Shown piece by piece: positions 61,601-64,000 of a stretch of 64,000 nucleotides of DNA. The notes under the pieces are model-generated. The model had not been told where the DNA came from. It saw nothing but the letters and a program-made list of their open reading frames with translations, and ran no database searches. Positions within the stretch are counted from its first letter, which is position 1; every line of letters begins with the position of its first letter. Source of the DNA: Octopus sinensis (taxonomy: Eukaryota); contig NW_021832404.1 in the NCBI RefSeq assembly GCF_006345805.1, positions 1-64,000 of the forward strand, given 5' to 3'. The position numbers were made by a program, and so were the translations under genes.

Positions 61601-64000
61601 GAAGGGGAGGAAGGGGAGATAGGAATACTGAACATTACAAAGATGGGGATTTCAAGGTGAAGGGGAGGAAGGGGAGGATGGAATAATGAAGATTCCAGAG
61701 AGGGGGATTTAATGGTAAAGGGGAGGAATGGGAAGAAGGAATATTGAACATTCCAGAGAGGGGGATTTGAAAGTAAATCGGAGGAATGGGAAGAAGGAAT
61801 ATTGAACATTCCAGAGAGGGGGATTTGAAGGTAAAGGGGAGGAATGGGAAGAAGGAATATTGAAAATTCCAGAGAGGGGGATGTGAAGGTAAATGGGATG
61901 AATGGGAAGAAGGAATATTTAACATTCCAGAGAGGGGGATTTGAAGGTGAAAGAGAGCAATGGGAAGAAGCAATATTGAAGATTCCAGAGATGGGGATTT
62001 GAAGGTGAAAGGGAGGAAGGGGAGAAATGAATATTGAACATTTCAGAGAGGGGGATTTGAAGGTTAAGGGGAGAAATGGGAAGAAGGAATATTGAACATT
62101 CCAGAGATGGGATTTGAAGGTGAAGGTGAGGAAGGAGAGGAAGGGATACTGAACATTCCAGAGAGGGGGATTTGAAGGTGAAGGGGAGGAAGGGCAGGAA
62201 GGAATATTGAACATTCCAGAGAGGGGGATTTGAAGGTGAAGGGGAGGAAGTGGAGAAAGGAATACTGAACATTGCAGAGAGGGGGATTTGAAGGTAAATG
62301 GAGGAATGGGAAGAAGGAATATTTATCCTTCCAGAGAGGGGGATTTGAAGGTGAAGGTAAGGAATGGGAAAAAGGAATATTGAACATTACAGGGAGTGGG
62401 ATTTCAAGGTAAAGGGGAGGAATGGGAAGAAGGAACATTGAACATTCCAGAGGGAGAGATTTCAAGGTAAAGGGGAAGAATGTGAAGAAGGAATATTGAA
62501 CATTCCAGAGAGAGGGATTTAAAGGTAAAGGGGAGGAATTGGAAGAAGGAACATTGAACATTACTGAGAAGGGGATTTGAAGGTAAAGGCGAGGAATGGG
62601 AAGAAGGAATATTGAACATTCCAGGGAGGAGGATTTGAAGGTAAATGGGAGGAATGGGAAGAAGGAATATTGAACATTCCAGGGAGGAGGATTTGAAGAT
62701 GAAGGTAAGGAATGGGAAGAAGGAATATTGAACATTACTGAGAAGGGGATTTGAAGGTAAAGGGGAGGAATGGGAAGAAGGAATATAGAACATTCCAGAG
62801 AGGGGGATTTGAAGGTAAAGGAAAGAATGGGAAGAAGTAATATTGAACATTCCATAAGGGGGATTTGAAGGTGAAGGGAGGAATGGGAAGAAGGAATATT
62901 GAACATTCCAGAGAGGGAGATTTGAAGGGAAAGGGGAGGAATGGGAAGAAAGAATATTGAACATTCCAAGGAGGGGGGATTTAAAGGTAAAGGGGAAGAA
63001 TGGGAAGAAGGATTATTGAACATTCCAGAGAGGGGGATTTGAAGGTAAACGTAAAGAATGGGAACAAGAAATATTGAACGTTCCAAAGAGTGGGATTTGA
63101 AGCTGAATGGGTGGAATGGGAAGAAGGAATATTGAACATTCCATACAGTGGGATTTGAAGGTGAAGGGGAGGAATAGGAGGAATGAATATTGAACATTCC
63201 ATAGAGGGTGATGTGAAGGTGAAGGGGAGGAATGTGACGAAGGAATATTGAACATTCCAGAGAGGGGGATTTGAAGGTAAAGGTGAGGAAGGAGAGGAAG
63301 GAATATTGAACATTCCAGAGAGGGGGATTTGAAGGTGAAGGGGAGGAAAAGGAGGAAGGAATATTGAACATTCCAGAGAGGGGGATTTGAAGATGAAGGG
63401 GAGGAAGGGGAGGAAGTAATATTGAACATTCCAGAGAAAGGGATATGAAGGTAAAGGGGAGGAAGGGGAGGAAGGAATATTGAACATTCCAGAGTGGGGG
63501 ATTTGAATGTGAAGGGGAGGAAGGGGAGAAAGGAATACTGAACATTCCAGAGAGGGGGATTTGAAGGTGAAGGGGAGGAAGTGGAGAAAAAAATACTGAA
63601 CATTCCAGAGAAAGGGATATGAAGGTAAAGAGGAGGAAGGGGAGGAAGGAATATTGAACATTCCAGAGTGGGGGATTTGAAGGTGAAGGGGAGGAAGGGG
63701 AGAAAGGAATACTGAACATTCCAGAGAGGGGGATATGAAGGTGAAGGGGAGGAATGGGAAGAAGGAATATTGAACATTCCAGAGTGGGGGATTTGAAGGT
63801 GAAGGGGAGGAAGTGGAGAAAAAAATACTGAACATTCTAGAGACGGGGATTTCAAGGTGAAGGGGAGGAGGGGAGGAAGGAATATTGAACATTCCAGAGA
63901 GGGGGATTTGAAGGTAAAGTGAGGAAGGAGAGGAAGGAATATTGAACATTCCAGAGAGGGGATTTGAAGGTGAAGGGGAGGAAAAAAGGAGAGGAATATT
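25698..64000 (+). repeat. ~58-bp purine-rich satellite array (>38 kb, roughly 660 monomers, continues past the window end)
   Basis: Consensus gaacattccagagagggggatttgaaggt(a/g)aaggggaggaatgggaagaaggaatatt; uninterrupted head-to-tail orientation, no TE insertions seen. Confidence 0.98.

Noticed and set aside
25753-63949. Hundreds of long minus-strand ORFs (MFNIPSSHSSPLPSNPPLWNVQYSFF...)
   Set aside because: They translate a 58-bp (non-triplet) satellite whose pyrimidine-rich strand is stop-poor. The same peptide cycles through all frames.
25698-64000. Telomeric repeat or proven centromere
   Set aside because: No TTAGGG-type array; centromeric function cannot be inferred from sequence alone.

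Overview
Eukaryotic, gene-free, repeat-dominated window. The SINE and microsatellite landscape resembles coleoid cephalopod (Octopus-like) DNA; this is an inference. Bases 1-18.5 kb are a transposon graveyard. It holds two DD37D (maT) Tc1/mariner transposase remnants, several tRNA-derived SINEs, and a Penelope-like GIY-YIG endonuclease fragment plus two hammerhead-like Penelope pLTR remnants. It also holds an R4/Dong-like REL-endonuclease retrotransposon remnant with a nested hAT MITE (8-bp TSD) and a nested SINE (12-bp TSD), a Helitron-like 3' end, and many micro/minisatellites. Bases 18.55-25.7 kb are a modular composite satellite built from three short units in a fixed order. Unit A is ~22-25 bp (CTTTGATC plus a reversed RCCG), unit B is 10 bp (AACCGGTTTG/ATCCGGTTTG) and unit C is 9 bp (GACATTCCW). 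From ~25.7 kb to the end runs a ~58-bp purine-rich satellite with kb-scale internal duplications. The most striking observation is that each composite unit matches a developmental transcription-factor site, and two match the known cooperative spacing. A matches TCF/LEF HMG plus Helper (Wnt), B matches Grainyhead/CP2 at a 10-bp period, and C matches TEAD at a 9-bp period (Hippo). The 58-mer carries the same TEAD core inside a 17-bp dyad that overlaps a heat-shock-element-like sequence. Function is unproven. No host protein-coding gene is supported, and the long ORFs in the track are repeat artefacts.
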